A stretch of 26,177 nucleotides of DNA from Candidatus Eiseniibacteriota bacterium (GCA_963776245.1 CAVZLN010000002.1:1-26177); one strand, 5' to 3'; numbered from the stretch's first letter, positions 1 to 8,795 are shown. Notes: a model not told the origin generated them from the sequence alone. A program made the numbers and translations.

Positions 1-552
1 GTCGCCTTCCCGGTGCGCGTGCTCCGGGCCTCGGCTGCGGCACGCTCGTCCGTCACGAACGCGGTGGGAGGGATGAACCCCGACATGCCCCCGGGGTCCA
101 TGGTGGTCACGACCGACCGCATCAACCTGATGGGCGACAACCCGCTGGTCGGGCCCGAACGACGACGAGCTGGGCCGCGCTTTCCCGACATGAGCGGAGC
201 CCTATGCGCGCGCGCGTGGTCGCTCGGCGGAGGCGCGTGGACTCGACTCGGGATCGCACTGCAGCGTGGCGTGATGGTCGCGGTGCCGGGCCCGAACCGG
301 AGACCGCGGCTGAGTACCGCTTCTGCGCGCGGCCGGCGCCGACATCGTCGGCATGTCGCTGGTGCCCGAGAACCTCGCCGCCGTGCACGGCGGGCAGCGG
401 GCGCTGGCGCTCAACGTGGTGACCGACACTGTCTTCCGGACGCCCTGACGCCTGCCAGCATCCCCGAGATCCTGGCATGCGCGGGACGTGCCGCACCCAC
501 GCTCATCCGGCTGGTGACCGAGGTCATTCGCCGTCTCGGCGAGAGACAGTGA
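1..552 (+). CDS. punA: Purine nucleoside phosphorylase (PNP family 2), 5'-truncated by window, frameshifted
   Basis: Motifs across frames: [51 protein letters not shown] at 550-552. Confidence 0.9.
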   Translation, partial: VAFPVRVLRASAAARSSVTNAVGGMNPDMPPGSMVVTTDRINLMGDNPLVGPERRRAGPRFPDMSGALCARAWSLGGGAWTRLGIALQRGVMVAVPGPNRRPRLSTASARGRRRHRRHVAGAREPRRRARRAAGAGAQRGDRHCLPDALTPASIPEILACAGRAAPTLIRLVTEVIRRLGERQ

Positions 553-591
553 GAGCGAGCTCCGTCCGATCAACGATGAGGAGGTGTGACG

Positions 592-1603
592 ATGGCCAGT
601 CAGCGCAAGTCCGCAAGCCCGAGCCGAGCCGCGAAGCCCGTGAAGCGGAAGGCGACGCGCCCCGCGAAGTCCGCGGCGAAGGCGCGGCCGCGGTCGGCCG
701 GCGCGACTGCGAAGCGCCACACCCGGTCCGTGAAGTCGACTCCGAAAGGCACCGCGCCGAAGAAGGCGGTGACCGCGCAGAAGAAGAAGGCGACCCCCGT
801 GACCAGGAAGGCCATCCCTGTGGCGAAGAAGAAGGCGGTGACCGGATGGCGAAGAAGAAGGCGACCCCGTGGCGAAGAAGAAGACGGTGACTGTGTCAGA
901 AGAAGAAGGCGCCGCGACGAAGCCGCCCGGCGGCGAAGAAGGCCGCCCCGGTGGCGAAGAAGGCCGTTCCCGCGACGAAGAAGGGCGCCGCCAGGGCCGC
1001 CGCGCCGGCGGCGAAGCTGCCCCCGCGCCGCATGAAGGCGGTGCCGCGTCCACTCACGCCCGGTCCCACCGTGCGCCCGCTTGGCGTGCTGCCTGCCGGA
1101 GGCGCGCGCGCGTGGCATCGAGCGCCCGGCGCACACACCCGCGGCGCCGCCACGGCCGCCGTCGCCGCCCGCGCGGGCGGCGAAGCCGGTCCCGAAGGCC
1201 ACGGGACCGCAGCGCGTGACGGAGAAGGACATCGAAGGAACTCGAGGCGCTGCTGCTCGAGGAGCGGGCGCGCGTGACGAAGGAGATGGAGCACCTCGAG
1301 AGCACGGTGCTCAAGGTGAATCCGCGCGAGAGCTCCGGCGACCTCTCCGGCTACTCGTTCCACATGGCGGACGCGGGCACGGATGCGTACGAGCGCGAGA
1401 AGGCCTTCCAGTTCGCCTCGAACGAGGGGCGGCTGCTGCAGGACCTCGATGAGGCGCTGCGCCGGCTCTACCGCGGCGAGTACGGCAGCTGCGAGTCGTG
1501 CGGCAGCGCGATCGCGAAGGCGCGGCTCGAGGCGATGCCCACCGCACGGCTGTGCCGTGACTGCAAGGAGAAGGAGGAGCGGGAGAACCGCCCGCAGCAG
1601 TGA
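592..1603 (+). CDS. dksA: TraR/DksA C4-type zinc-finger protein with long Lys/Ala/Pro-rich histone-H1-like N-terminal extension (frameshifted)
   Basis: RBS GAGGAGGTG 578-586, ATG 592. ORFs 586-1035, 951-1277, 1081-1452 and 1274-1603 join into AKKKA repeats, a Pro-rich linker, a coiled coil with FHMADAGTDAYERE, and YGSCESCG..IAKARLEAMPTARLCRDC. Confidence 0.85.
755..985 (+). repeat. Imperfect coding tandem repeat (~21-27 bp units, GCGAAGAAGAAGGCG core) encoding (V)AKKKA(T/V)(P/T)
   Basis: Repeated GAAGAAG(AAG)GCG units visible from ~760 to ~985. Confidence 0.8.
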
Positions 1604-2111
1604 GACGCTCACTGCCCCTGCTGGCGGCGCTGGCCGTCGTCGTCGTCGCGCTGGACCGCTGGACCAAGCACTGGGCCAGCGCGACGCTGCCGTTCGGCCA
1701 GCCGATCCAGGTGGTGGGCGATTACCTGCGCCTCACCTACACGCGCAACTCGGGCGTGGCGTTCGGCATCGGACAGGGCACCGGCTTCCCGTACTACGTC
1801 TTCTCGCTGGTCGCGATCGTCGCGATCGTGTGGATGTTCCTGCGCGGCCGGGTGGGGCACGACCCGGTGCGCAGGACCGCGCTCACGCTCATCCTGAGCG
1901 GCGCGATCGGCAACCTCGTGGACCGCGTGACGAGCGGCGAGGTGGTGGACTTCATCGAGGTGGGGATCCCGACAGTGGCACTGGCCGATCTTCAACGTGG
2001 CGGACTCCGCGGTCACCGTGGGCGTGCTGCTCTTTGCCATCGCCTGGTCGCGCGGGGACAAGCGGCGGACGCGAAGGACGCGCTGGCGACGGGCGCGGCG
2101 GGTGGCGATGA
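1600..2111 (+). CDS. lspA: Lipoprotein signal peptidase II (frameshifted)
   Basis: LDRWTK, NSGVAFG, GAIGNLVDRV..GEVVDFI, then WPIFNVADSAV in the next frame; GTGA overlap with dksA and ATGA overlap with rluD. Confidence 0.92.
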
Positions 2112-3080
2112 GCCAGCTCGACCTGAAGGTCCAGGACGCGAGCGCGGGGGAGCGGCTGGACCGCTTCCTGGCGGCGGCGCAGAAGGACCTCTCCCGTAGC
2201 CGCCTGCAGGCGCTGATCCGCGCGGGCCGCGTGCTGGTCGAGGGCCGCGCGGCGCGCGCCTCGCAGCGCCTGCGCGCAGGCGAGCGCGTGCTCGTCGAAC
2301 TGCCGGAGCCGCGCAAGGTCGCGCTCCTGCCCGAGTCGATTCCGCTCGCCATCGTGCACGAGGACGAGCACCTGCTGGTGGTGGACAAGCCCGCGGGGCT
2401 GGTCGTCCATCCCGGCGCCGGGGTGGCGAGCGGCACGCTGGTTCACGCGCTGCTCCACCACGCGCCCGCGATCGCCGACGTGGGTGGGGCGGGCCGGCCG
2501 GGCATCGTCCACCGGCTCGACAAGCAGACCTCGGGGTTGATGGTGGTGGCCAAGAGTGCCGCGGCCTACCGGGCACTGGTCGAGATGCTGCGCGCGCGCA
2601 CGGTGCGGCGGCGCTACCTGGCGATCGTCTGGGGCGTGCCGCCCACGGCGTCCGGCACGGTCGAGGGCGCGATCGGCCGCGACCCGCGGGAGCGCAAGCG
2701 CATGGCCGTGGTCGCGCGCGGGGCAAGCCGGCCCGCACCCACTGGCGCGTGCGCGAGCGGCTCGCCGGGGCCGCGCTGCTCGAGGTCACGCTCGACACCG
2801 GGCGCACCCACCAGATTCGCGTGCACCTCGCGCACCTCGGCCACCCGGTGGCGGGCGACCCGCTCTACGGCGGACGCGGGAAGGTCCGGTTGAGCGGAAC
2901 CGCGCAGGAGCGTAATCTCCGCGCTGTCGTGCTCGAAGAGTTGCCGCGCCAGGCCCTCCACGCGACGGAGCTCGAGTTTCCGCACCCCGTTACGGGAGAG
3001 CTCATGCGCTTCACCTCGCCGGCGCCGGAAGACTTCGAACGCGCGCTGGAGAACCTGCGCCCGTGGCGAGGACGCACTGA
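2108..3080 (+). CDS. rluD: RluA-family 23S rRNA pseudouridine synthase with S4 domain (frameshifted; 3' end approximate)
   Basis: ERLDRFL..SRSRLQALI, VVDKPAGLVVHP, GIVHRLDKQTSGL, TGRTHQIRVHL, GDPLYG, RQALHA. Confidence 0.92.
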
Positions 3081-3089
3081 GTTTCGCAC

Positions 3090-3531
3090 ATGTCCGACGA
3101 TCCGCCCGTCCCCGAAGTCGTCAGCCTGCGCATCCCGGGCCGGCTCGAACTGCTGGGCCTGTTCGACCGCGTGAGCACTCTGCTCTGCGAGCGCGCGGGC
3201 TTCGACGAGGACGCCTGCACCCAGGTGACGCTGTCGGTGATCGAGGCGGGTACCAACGCCATCCAGCACGGCTCCACGAGCGACCCCGCCAGGGCCGTGG
3301 AGGTGGTCTTCACCCTCCACCCCGACCGGCTCGAGGTGAGCGTGCACGACCAGGGCCCCGGCTTCGCGCTCGACCAGGTGAACGGCGACGTCACCCTGCC
3401 GGAGCGCCTGTTCGACGCGCGCGGGCGGGGCATCTTCATCATGCGCGCCTGCATGGACTCGGTGGACTACACGTTCGACGGGTCCGGCACCACCTGCCAC
3501 CTCGTGAAACGCCGCCCCTCCGGGCGGTTGA
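3090..3531 (+). CDS. RsbW/SpoIIAB-like anti-sigma factor / Ser kinase (HATPase_c_2); reads in frame into ruvX as sequenced
   Basis: EAGTNAIQHG (N box), VHDQGPGF (G1), GRGIFIM..MDSV (G2); probable true stop TGA at 3529-3531. Confidence 0.8.
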
Positions 3532-3977
3532 GCCCGCGCCTGCGCGTGCTGGCGGTGGACTGGGGCGAGCGCCGGATCGGCCTCGCGGTGAGCGACCCGC
3601 AGGAGGTGATCGCCAGCGGGCTCAAGACCCTGCTGGTGCGCAGCGAGGCCCAGGGCGTGCAGGGCGTGGTGCGAGGTCGCGCGTGAGCTCGAAGTCGGCT
3701 GCGTGGTGGTGGGCTTGCCGCTGCTCATGGACGGCGGGCGTGGGACCGCCGCCGGGCGGCGCAGCGCTTCGCCGACCTGGTGCGCGAGCAGAGCGGGCTG
3801 CCGGTCGAGACCTACGATGAGCGCCTCACCTCGGCCCTCAGCACGCGCCGCTTGCACGAAACCGGCGTACGCACCGGTCACGCCAAGGAGCGCGTAGACC
3901 AGGGCGCGGCCGTGGCGCTGCTGGAGTCCTACCTGACGCGGCGCAAGGTGGGGCGCGCCCGGGAGGAGACGCCGTGA
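3528..3977 (+). CDS. ruvX: YqgF/RuvX family nuclease (frameshifted)
   Basis: VLAVDWGERRIGLAVSDP, VVGLPL.MDG, DERLTS, VDQGAAVALLESYL. Confidence 0.9.
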
Positions 3978-5116
3978 GCCCGCCGCGCCCGCCCCGTCCG
4001 CCGCGCCTGGCACGCCCGCGCCTGCGGATCTTCCGGCCGCGGCGCTGGGCCCTGCTGCTGGTGCTGGCCGGGGCGCTGGCGGTGGCCGCCGACCTGTTCC
4101 TCCCGGCCGGCCCGTTCCCGGCGCACGAGCGCCGCGCCATCCTGGTCGAACGCGGCCAGACGCTGGGCCAGGTCGCCAGCGAACTGCAGCGCGTGGGGTT
4201 GCTGCGCGGCACGCTCGGCTTCCAGGTGCTGGCGCGGCTCATGCAACTCGACCGCCACATCCAGGCGGGACAGTACGACTTCGCGCTCGGCACGCCGGTG
4301 CCCGGACTGCTGCGCGCGCTGGCCTCCGGCATGGGCGCGCTGAACCTCATCACCATTCCCGAGGGCCTCACGCTGCAGGAGACCAGCGTGCTGCTCGCGC
4401 ATCATCTGGGCGTGTCCGCCACGGCGTTCGATTCGCTGGGGCACGACCCCGCGTTCTGCGATTCGGCGGGGGTGGAGGCGTCCTCGCTCGAAGGCTACCT
4501 GGGGCCCGACACCTACTCGTTCCTGCTGGGCACGCCGCCCGAGGTGGCGCTGCGCACCATGGTCGCGCGGCAGAAGGAGGTGCTGCGCCGCGCCGCGTCC
4601 GGGCGTGACTCGCTGCCGCTCGGCCTGTCGCTGCCGCAGTTGCTCGTGCTCGCCTCGATCGTCGAATCCGAGGCGCAGCGGCCCGCCGAGCGCGCGCGCA
4701 TCGCGCGGGTCTACCTCAACCGGCTCGCGAGCGGCATGAAGCTGCAGGCCGACCCGACCGTGGCCTACGGTCTGGGCATGTCTCCGCGCTCGCGGTTGTT
4801 CGTCAGGAACCTGCGCAGCGTCTCGCCCTACAACACCTACCTGCACGAGGGGCTGCCGCCGGGGCCGATCTGCAGTCCGGGCGCCGCGTCCATCGTGGCG
4901 GCGCTGAACCCGGTGCCGCCCGAGCCCGCGCTCTACTTCGTCGCCCGCGGCGACGGCAGCCACCTGTTCGCGCGCAGCTACGAGGAGCACCTCGCGAACA
5001 TCCGCCGCGCGCGCGCGCTGCAGGCGGACGCGGCAGCGAGCGCCGAATCCCTGCGCGCGCCGGACTCGCTGGAAGCGCCGCCAGCGACGCCGCGCGCGCG
5101 CCCGCCCCGGCGCTGA
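3974..5116 (+). CDS. mltG: Endolytic transglycosylase MltG (YceG)
   Basis: N-terminal TM helix; ITIPEG, LEGYLGPDTY, LASIVESE, LQADPTV, SPYNTY..GLPPGPICSPG; GTGA overlap with ruvX. Confidence 0.95.
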   Translation: MSPPRPPRPPRLARPRLRIFRPRRWALLLVLAGALAVAADLFLPAGPFPAHERRAILVERGQTLGQVASELQRVGLLRGTLGFQVLARLMQLDRHIQAGQYDFALGTPVPGLLRALASGMGALNLITIPEGLTLQETSVLLAHHLGVSATAFDSLGHDPAFCDSAGVEASSLEGYLGPDTYSFLLGTPPEVALRTMVARQKEVLRRAASGRDSLPLGLSLPQLLVLASIVESEAQRPAERARIARVYLNRLASGMKLQADPTVAYGLGMSPRSRLFVRNLRSVSPYNTYLHEGLPPGPICSPGAASIVAALNPVPPEPALYFVARGDGSHLFARSYEEHLANIRRARALQADAAASAESLRAPDSLEAPPATPRARPPRR

Positions 5117-5271
5117 GCCGCGTCGCACGTCGCGCACGGCGCTGAAGGAGCGACGGTGTGCGGGACGGACCGGGGCTACCGGACGCGCACCTCGCAAGTG
5201 CGTCCGCAAGGGCGTGTCCATCTCCGCACGGGCACATCCGCGGGCACCTTTCCCCGCTCGTCACCGGGATG

Positions 5272-5280
5272 TGCTAACCT
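5272..5280 (+). promoter_or_regulatory. Putative extended -10 promoter (TG-c-TAACCT) just upstream of larE
   Basis: TGCTAACCT ending 9 nt before GTG 5290; no clear SD. Confidence 0.35.
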
Positions 5281-5289
5281 CCATTCCCC

Positions 5290-6159
5290 GTGGCGACTTC
5301 CCCTTTGATTCCGCACGCCGGGCCCGCGTCCGCTCCATCCGCCCGCCCGCTCGACGGTCTCTCCTGGACCGAACGGCTCGAGCGCCTGCGTGGGTTGCTG
5401 CGCGATCTCGGCAACGTGGTGGTGGCCTACTCGGGCGGCGTGGACTCGAGCCTGCTGCTGCGCGTGGCGCACGAAACACTCGCCGAGCGCGCGCTCGGCG
5501 TGATCGGGCGTTCCGACTCCTACGCGGCGCGCGAGCTGGAGCTGGCCCGGGCGCAGGCGGCCTCCTTCGGGGCGCGGCTCGAGGTGGTGACGACCGGCGA
5601 GCTGGCCGACCCGGCCTTCCGGGCCAATCCCGCCGAGCGCTGTTATCACTGCAAGAGCGAACTCTACCGGCAACTCGACGTGGTGGCGCAGCGCACCGGC
5701 GCGGTGGTCGTGGACGGCACCATCGTGGACGATCTGGCGGACTGGCGGCCCGGCCGGCGCGCGGCCGGGGAGCACGGCGTGCGCTCGCCGCTGGCCGAAC
5801 TGGGCTTCGCCAAGGCCGACGTGCGCGCCGCGGCGGCCCACTTCGGCCTGGCGAGCGCTGGCAAGCCGGCCTCGCCCTGCCTGGCCTCGCGCATCCCGTA
5901 CGGGACGGAGATCACGCGGGAGAATCTGGCCATGGTCGAGCAGGCGGAGGCGCTGCTCCGCTCGCTGGGATTCGGCGAACTGCGCGTGAGGCACCACGGC
6001 GACACGGCCCGCATCGAGGTACCGCTGGCGGACCTCGCCCGGCTTGGCGAGCCGGGCGTGCGCAAGCGGGTGGTCGAGGGCCTCAAAGCCCTGGGATATC
6101 GCTACATCACGCTGGACCTCGAGGGTTTCCGCTCGGGCAACCTGAACATCGTGTCCTGA
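5290..6159 (+). CDS. larE: ATP-dependent sulfur transferase LarE (PP-loop), CxxC..C type
   Basis: AYSGGVDS, RCYHCK, DDLADWRPG, SPCLASRIPYG, LRVRHHG, LDLEGFRSG. Confidence 0.92.
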   Translation: MATSPLIPHAGPASAPSARPLDGLSWTERLERLRGLLRDLGNVVVAYSGGVDSSLLLRVAHETLAERALGVIGRSDSYAARELELARAQAASFGARLEVVTTGELADPAFRANPAERCYHCKSELYRQLDVVAQRTGAVVVDGTIVDDLADWRPGRRAAGEHGVRSPLAELGFAKADVRAAAAHFGLASAGKPASPCLASRIPYGTEITRENLAMVEQAEALLRSLGFGELRVRHHGDTARIEVPLADLARLGEPGVRKRVVEGLKALGYRYITLDLEGFRSGNLNIVS

Positions 6160-6163
6160 GAAT

Positions 6164-6192
6164 CGTGGGTGGTGGAGCGCAGAATGTTGGTG
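6164..6192 (+). repeat. Direct repeat copy 1 (29 bp, 26/29 identical to 10581-10609)
   Basis: CGTGGGTGGTGGAGCGCAGAATGTTGGTG. Confidence 0.85.
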
Positions 6193-6523
6193 GCCTTCCG
6201 AAACGCGCCAGGTCATTGCAGCGCGGTGACGGATCGGCCCCGGAACGCCACCGACAAGGCAGACCAGTATCTTGCGCGCCACAATCCAAGGTGTTGAAAA
6301 TTAGGCACTTAGGTAGCAATCTCCATGCCGGTCTGGCACCGGACCAGACGCAACCTTCAGGGCACGATGGGCCGTTTGCGTCTCGGGGCAGGACCCTGAG
6401 AATATCTGGAACCGCTGTCCCCTGTGGCTGTGTACTACCGATGACGCCCCACAGAGGCGGCGGCACGAAATAACGGTCTTCGCTGGGACCGTCGGTGCCC
6501 CGGGTCTCACTCTCTGGCCCTGA

Positions 6524-6570
6524 AACGCCGATGATCTCGGTCCGGCCGCCCGGTCCGAAGCATCGGCGTT
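6524..6570 (+). other. Long hairpin upstream of the DUF3098-like RBS (possible attenuator or processing stem)
   Basis: AACGCCGATG (6524-6533) pairs with CATCGGCGTT (6561-6570), with inner TCGG/CCGA and CCGG/CCGG; followed by CGTGTTTT. Confidence 0.55.
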
Positions 6571-6601
6571 CGTGTTTTCCGCCTGCAACAGGAGGTAGAG
6601 G

Positions 6602-6847
6602 ATGAGCGCAGTGAAGTCGGCCCGTCAGCGAGCGCAGCGGCGGGTTCAGGAAGTCGACCTGGGGTTCAGCTGGGGGCTGGCGAACAGCGTCCTGCTGGCT
6701 CTGGGGGTGGGGGTGCTGGCGGTGGGTTATGTGGCCCTTTCGCGGGGTTCCATCACCCTTTCCCCGGTCCTCCTGGTGTTCGGCTACTGCGTCCTCATCC
6801 CCGGATCCCTGTTGTTTCGTGGGCGAGAGACCGGTTCGGGCGAATAG
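6602..6847 (+). CDS. Small two-TM membrane protein, DUF3098-like
   Basis: RBS AGGAGG before ATG 6602; N..LLALGVGVLAVGYVALS..SITLSPVLLVFGY pattern; stop TAG lies inside tRNA-Val. Confidence 0.7.
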   Translation: MSAVKSARQRAQRRVQEVDLGFSWGLANSVLLALGVGVLAVGYVALSRGSITLSPVLLVFGYCVLIPGSLLFRGRETGSGE

Positions 6848-6913
6848 CTCAGCTGGCAGAGCGCTTGCCTTACAAGCAAGAGGTCACAGGTTCGAGCCCT
6901 GTTTCGCCCACCA
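6838..6913 (+). tRNA. tRNA-Val (anticodon TAC), CCA encoded
   Basis: 76-nt cloverleaf: acceptor GGGCGAA/TTCGCCC, D arm GCTC/GAGC, anticodon stem CTTGC/GCAAG with TAC at 6871-6873, T arm ACAGG-TTCGAGC-CCTGT, ACCA end. Confidence 0.97.
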
Positions 6914-7024
6914 GTGGGGCGCCGAGATCACGGGAAGCACCGGGCAGTCTGGCCCCGCGGGGCAAAAGACCCGGAGATGGCAGGAAGACCACAGAGACCG
7001 GCAGTTCGAGGACCAAAAAGAGTC

Positions 7025-7054
7025 TTGACAGCGTGCTGGCAGGACGCATAAACT
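7025..7054 (+). promoter_or_regulatory. Sigma70-type promoter for the secreted-protein genes
   Basis: TTGACA (7025-7030), 18 nt spacer, TAAACT (7049-7054); A-rich upstream. Confidence 0.65.
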
Positions 7055-7224
7055 CAATCACGGCATCAAACGTCTTGCTAGCGCAGCCGATAACAACGCC
7101 TGGAGACTCGAACTCGCACTCTCGATGAGTTCGAAAGGAGGTGGCAGCAAACCAGACCTGTTTGCTCGCAACTGAGCCTTGCTCGATCTCAGCAACAGGG
7201 TGAACCATCCATGGAGGTGCAACA

Positions 7225-7836
7225 ATGACTGGTATGATTCGCAAGGCTACGATTTTCGTAGCGCTCGGGCTGATGGCGTCGTCGGCTGTGATGGCCGGGA
7301 TTCCCAGCCCCGGCAATTGCACGATTCCGGCTTTTGTCAAGGTCGTGGGCACCAATGGCGTGCCTGATCCGCTCGGTGTGGGCACTGTCACCGTCCTCGA
7401 TGTCAGCCTCAATCCGGTCGTCGGCAGCAACGTGACGTTGAATTTCACGAATTGCACCGACACGGAGCTTTGCGGTGCTGCTGTCAGTGTGTCTGCGACG
7501 ACGGATGCATTTGGCGTCGCGACCTTCACGGCCATCGGCGGCGGCAAGCACCCCGGTGGAATCTTCCCGGGCGCGGGTGCCGGTTGCATCGAGATCCGGG
7601 CTGACAGTTACCTGCTCGGCACTGCCACTGCGGTTGTCTATGACTTGAACGGCGCCAATCTTGGTGGCAACGGCGTCTCGATCTCCGACCTGCCGCTGTT
7701 CCTGGACGACTGGGGTGACAGTGGCACGTATCGTGGCCGTTCGGACTTCAACCAGGACGGCTCGATCCAGATCACTGACCTGCCGGTCTGGCTGGCGTTC
7801 TGGGGCCTCGACGGGTCGGCGCTGGGTTGCCCTTGA
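7225..7836 (+). CDS. Secreted protein: signal peptide, Ig-like (Big_1-like) region, C-terminal twin dockerin/EF-hand-like repeats
   Basis: RBS GGAGG; RKATIFVALGLMASSAVMA signal; TVTVLD..NPV..VTL..TTDAFGVATFT; DLNG..GVSISDL and DFNQDGSIQITDL. Confidence 0.8.
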   Translation: MTGMIRKATIFVALGLMASSAVMAGIPSPGNCTIPAFVKVVGTNGVPDPLGVGTVTVLDVSLNPVVGSNVTLNFTNCTDTELCGAAVSVSATTDAFGVATFTAIGGGKHPGGIFPGAGAGCIEIRADSYLLGTATAVVYDLNGANLGGNGVSISDLPLFLDDWGDSGTYRGRSDFNQDGSIQITDLPVWLAFWGLDGSALGCP

Positions 7837-7985
7837 TGAGTTGAGGACTTCGCGGGTCGCGCTTCAAATGCCGTTCGGCGGTTCCTGACGAAAGGTGGTG
7901 ATGTGACGACCCACGATGCGTCTCAGTGGAATGAAAAAGACAGTTTCCCCCGTTACCCCCTAGGCTCTGCATCTTGGAGGAAGCA

Positions 7986-8795
7986 ATGAAGAAGATCCTT
8001 CTCACCGGTATGATGGTGTGTCTGACGGCCTCCATGGCGTTGGCGAGCGGTTTGAACATCAACTGGGTCACGAACGCGACTGGCAATTGCTCGGCGGTCG
8101 CGACCAGCAACATGACGTGGGATTGCACGGTCGATAATCCCGATGGCGCCAACAATGGCGACAAGCTCTTCGTCGTGTCGGCCATGCCCAACATCCCGCT
8201 TATCGGCTTCAACGCCTTTGATTGCATCCTGGATATCCAGAGCGACGCGGCCCTGCCCCAGTGGTGGCAGTCGTACTATGCTGGTACGTGCCGTCAGACC
8301 GGGTTCGTCGTTGGGACTCCCCCGATGACTCCTACCGCTCCGTGCGCCGGGTCTTCCACCACCAAGTTGTGGTCGGTGGGCACTCCGTTCGGCGGCGTTG
8401 CCTCGTGGTTCATCAATCCGTCGAACCGCGCCCGCGTCAAGATCGGCTTTGCGACCGCCGCGACCCGTGCGCTTCCCCTGGTCACCACCACGCAGTACAA
8501 CATGTTTAACATGCACGTGTACACGACGAACAGCCTTGACGTCGTGGCGGATCCGGATAACGGGATCGAGGCGGTCGTCGCTTGCCCTGGCTGTGCGGTT
8601 CCCGTGACGCTGGTGGTCCAGCAGGTCGGGTTCAACGGCATGAACGGGCCGACCCCGACGCAAGACACCGTCATGCTTCCGGGGACGTTTGCCGGTGCGC
8701 AGCAGAGCATCAACTGGCAGGGTGGCGGCGGACCGCCGATTCCAGTCCCGACGCGCAACACGACCTGGGGCCAGGTCAAGAGCCTGTACCGGTAG
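7986..8795 (+). CDS. Secreted Cys-containing protein of unknown function with C-terminal PVPTRNTTWGQVKSLYR
   Basis: RBS GGAGG 7976-7980, ATG 7986; MKKILL..ASMALA signal peptide; intact ORF. Confidence 0.85.
   Translation: MKKILLTGMMVCLTASMALASGLNINWVTNATGNCSAVATSNMTWDCTVDNPDGANNGDKLFVVSAMPNIPLIGFNAFDCILDIQSDAALPQWWQSYYAGTCRQTGFVVGTPPMTPTAPCAGSSTTKLWSVGTPFGGVASWFINPSNRARVKIGFATAATRALPLVTTTQYNMFNMHVYTTNSLDVVADPDNGIEAVVACPGCAVPVTLVVQQVGFNGMNGPTPTQDTVMLPGTFAGAQQSINWQGGGGPPIPVPTRNTTWGQVKSLYR

Noticed and set aside
755..985. Possible CRISPR array
   Set aside because: Units are degenerate, lack unique spacers and encode AKKKA repeats; no cas genes
1..3977. Pseudogenes or programmed frameshifting in punA, dksA, lspA, rluD, ruvX (also moaA, mutY, efflux genes, TBDR)
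   Set aside because: Breaks are scattered indels with catalytic motifs intact in adjacent frames and no consistent slippery site; this fits sequencing error
6175..6205. Chromosomal dif site
   Set aside because: Only a XerC-like half matches; the usually better conserved XerD arm (TTATGTTAAAT) is absent
6310..6400. c-di-GMP-I riboswitch suggested by GACGCAA
   Set aside because: Lacks the GGCAAA..GAAA P2 and tetraloop-receptor arrangement
7125..7175. 16-codon upstream ORF MSSKGGGSKPDLFARN
   Set aside because: No properly spaced RBS, start buried in a hairpin, no regulatory codon run
6870..7589. 239-aa minus-strand ORF and many other long Arg/Ala/Pro-rich ORFs in the track
   Set aside because: Shadow frames of real genes in high-GC DNA; this one overlaps the tRNA and has no motif
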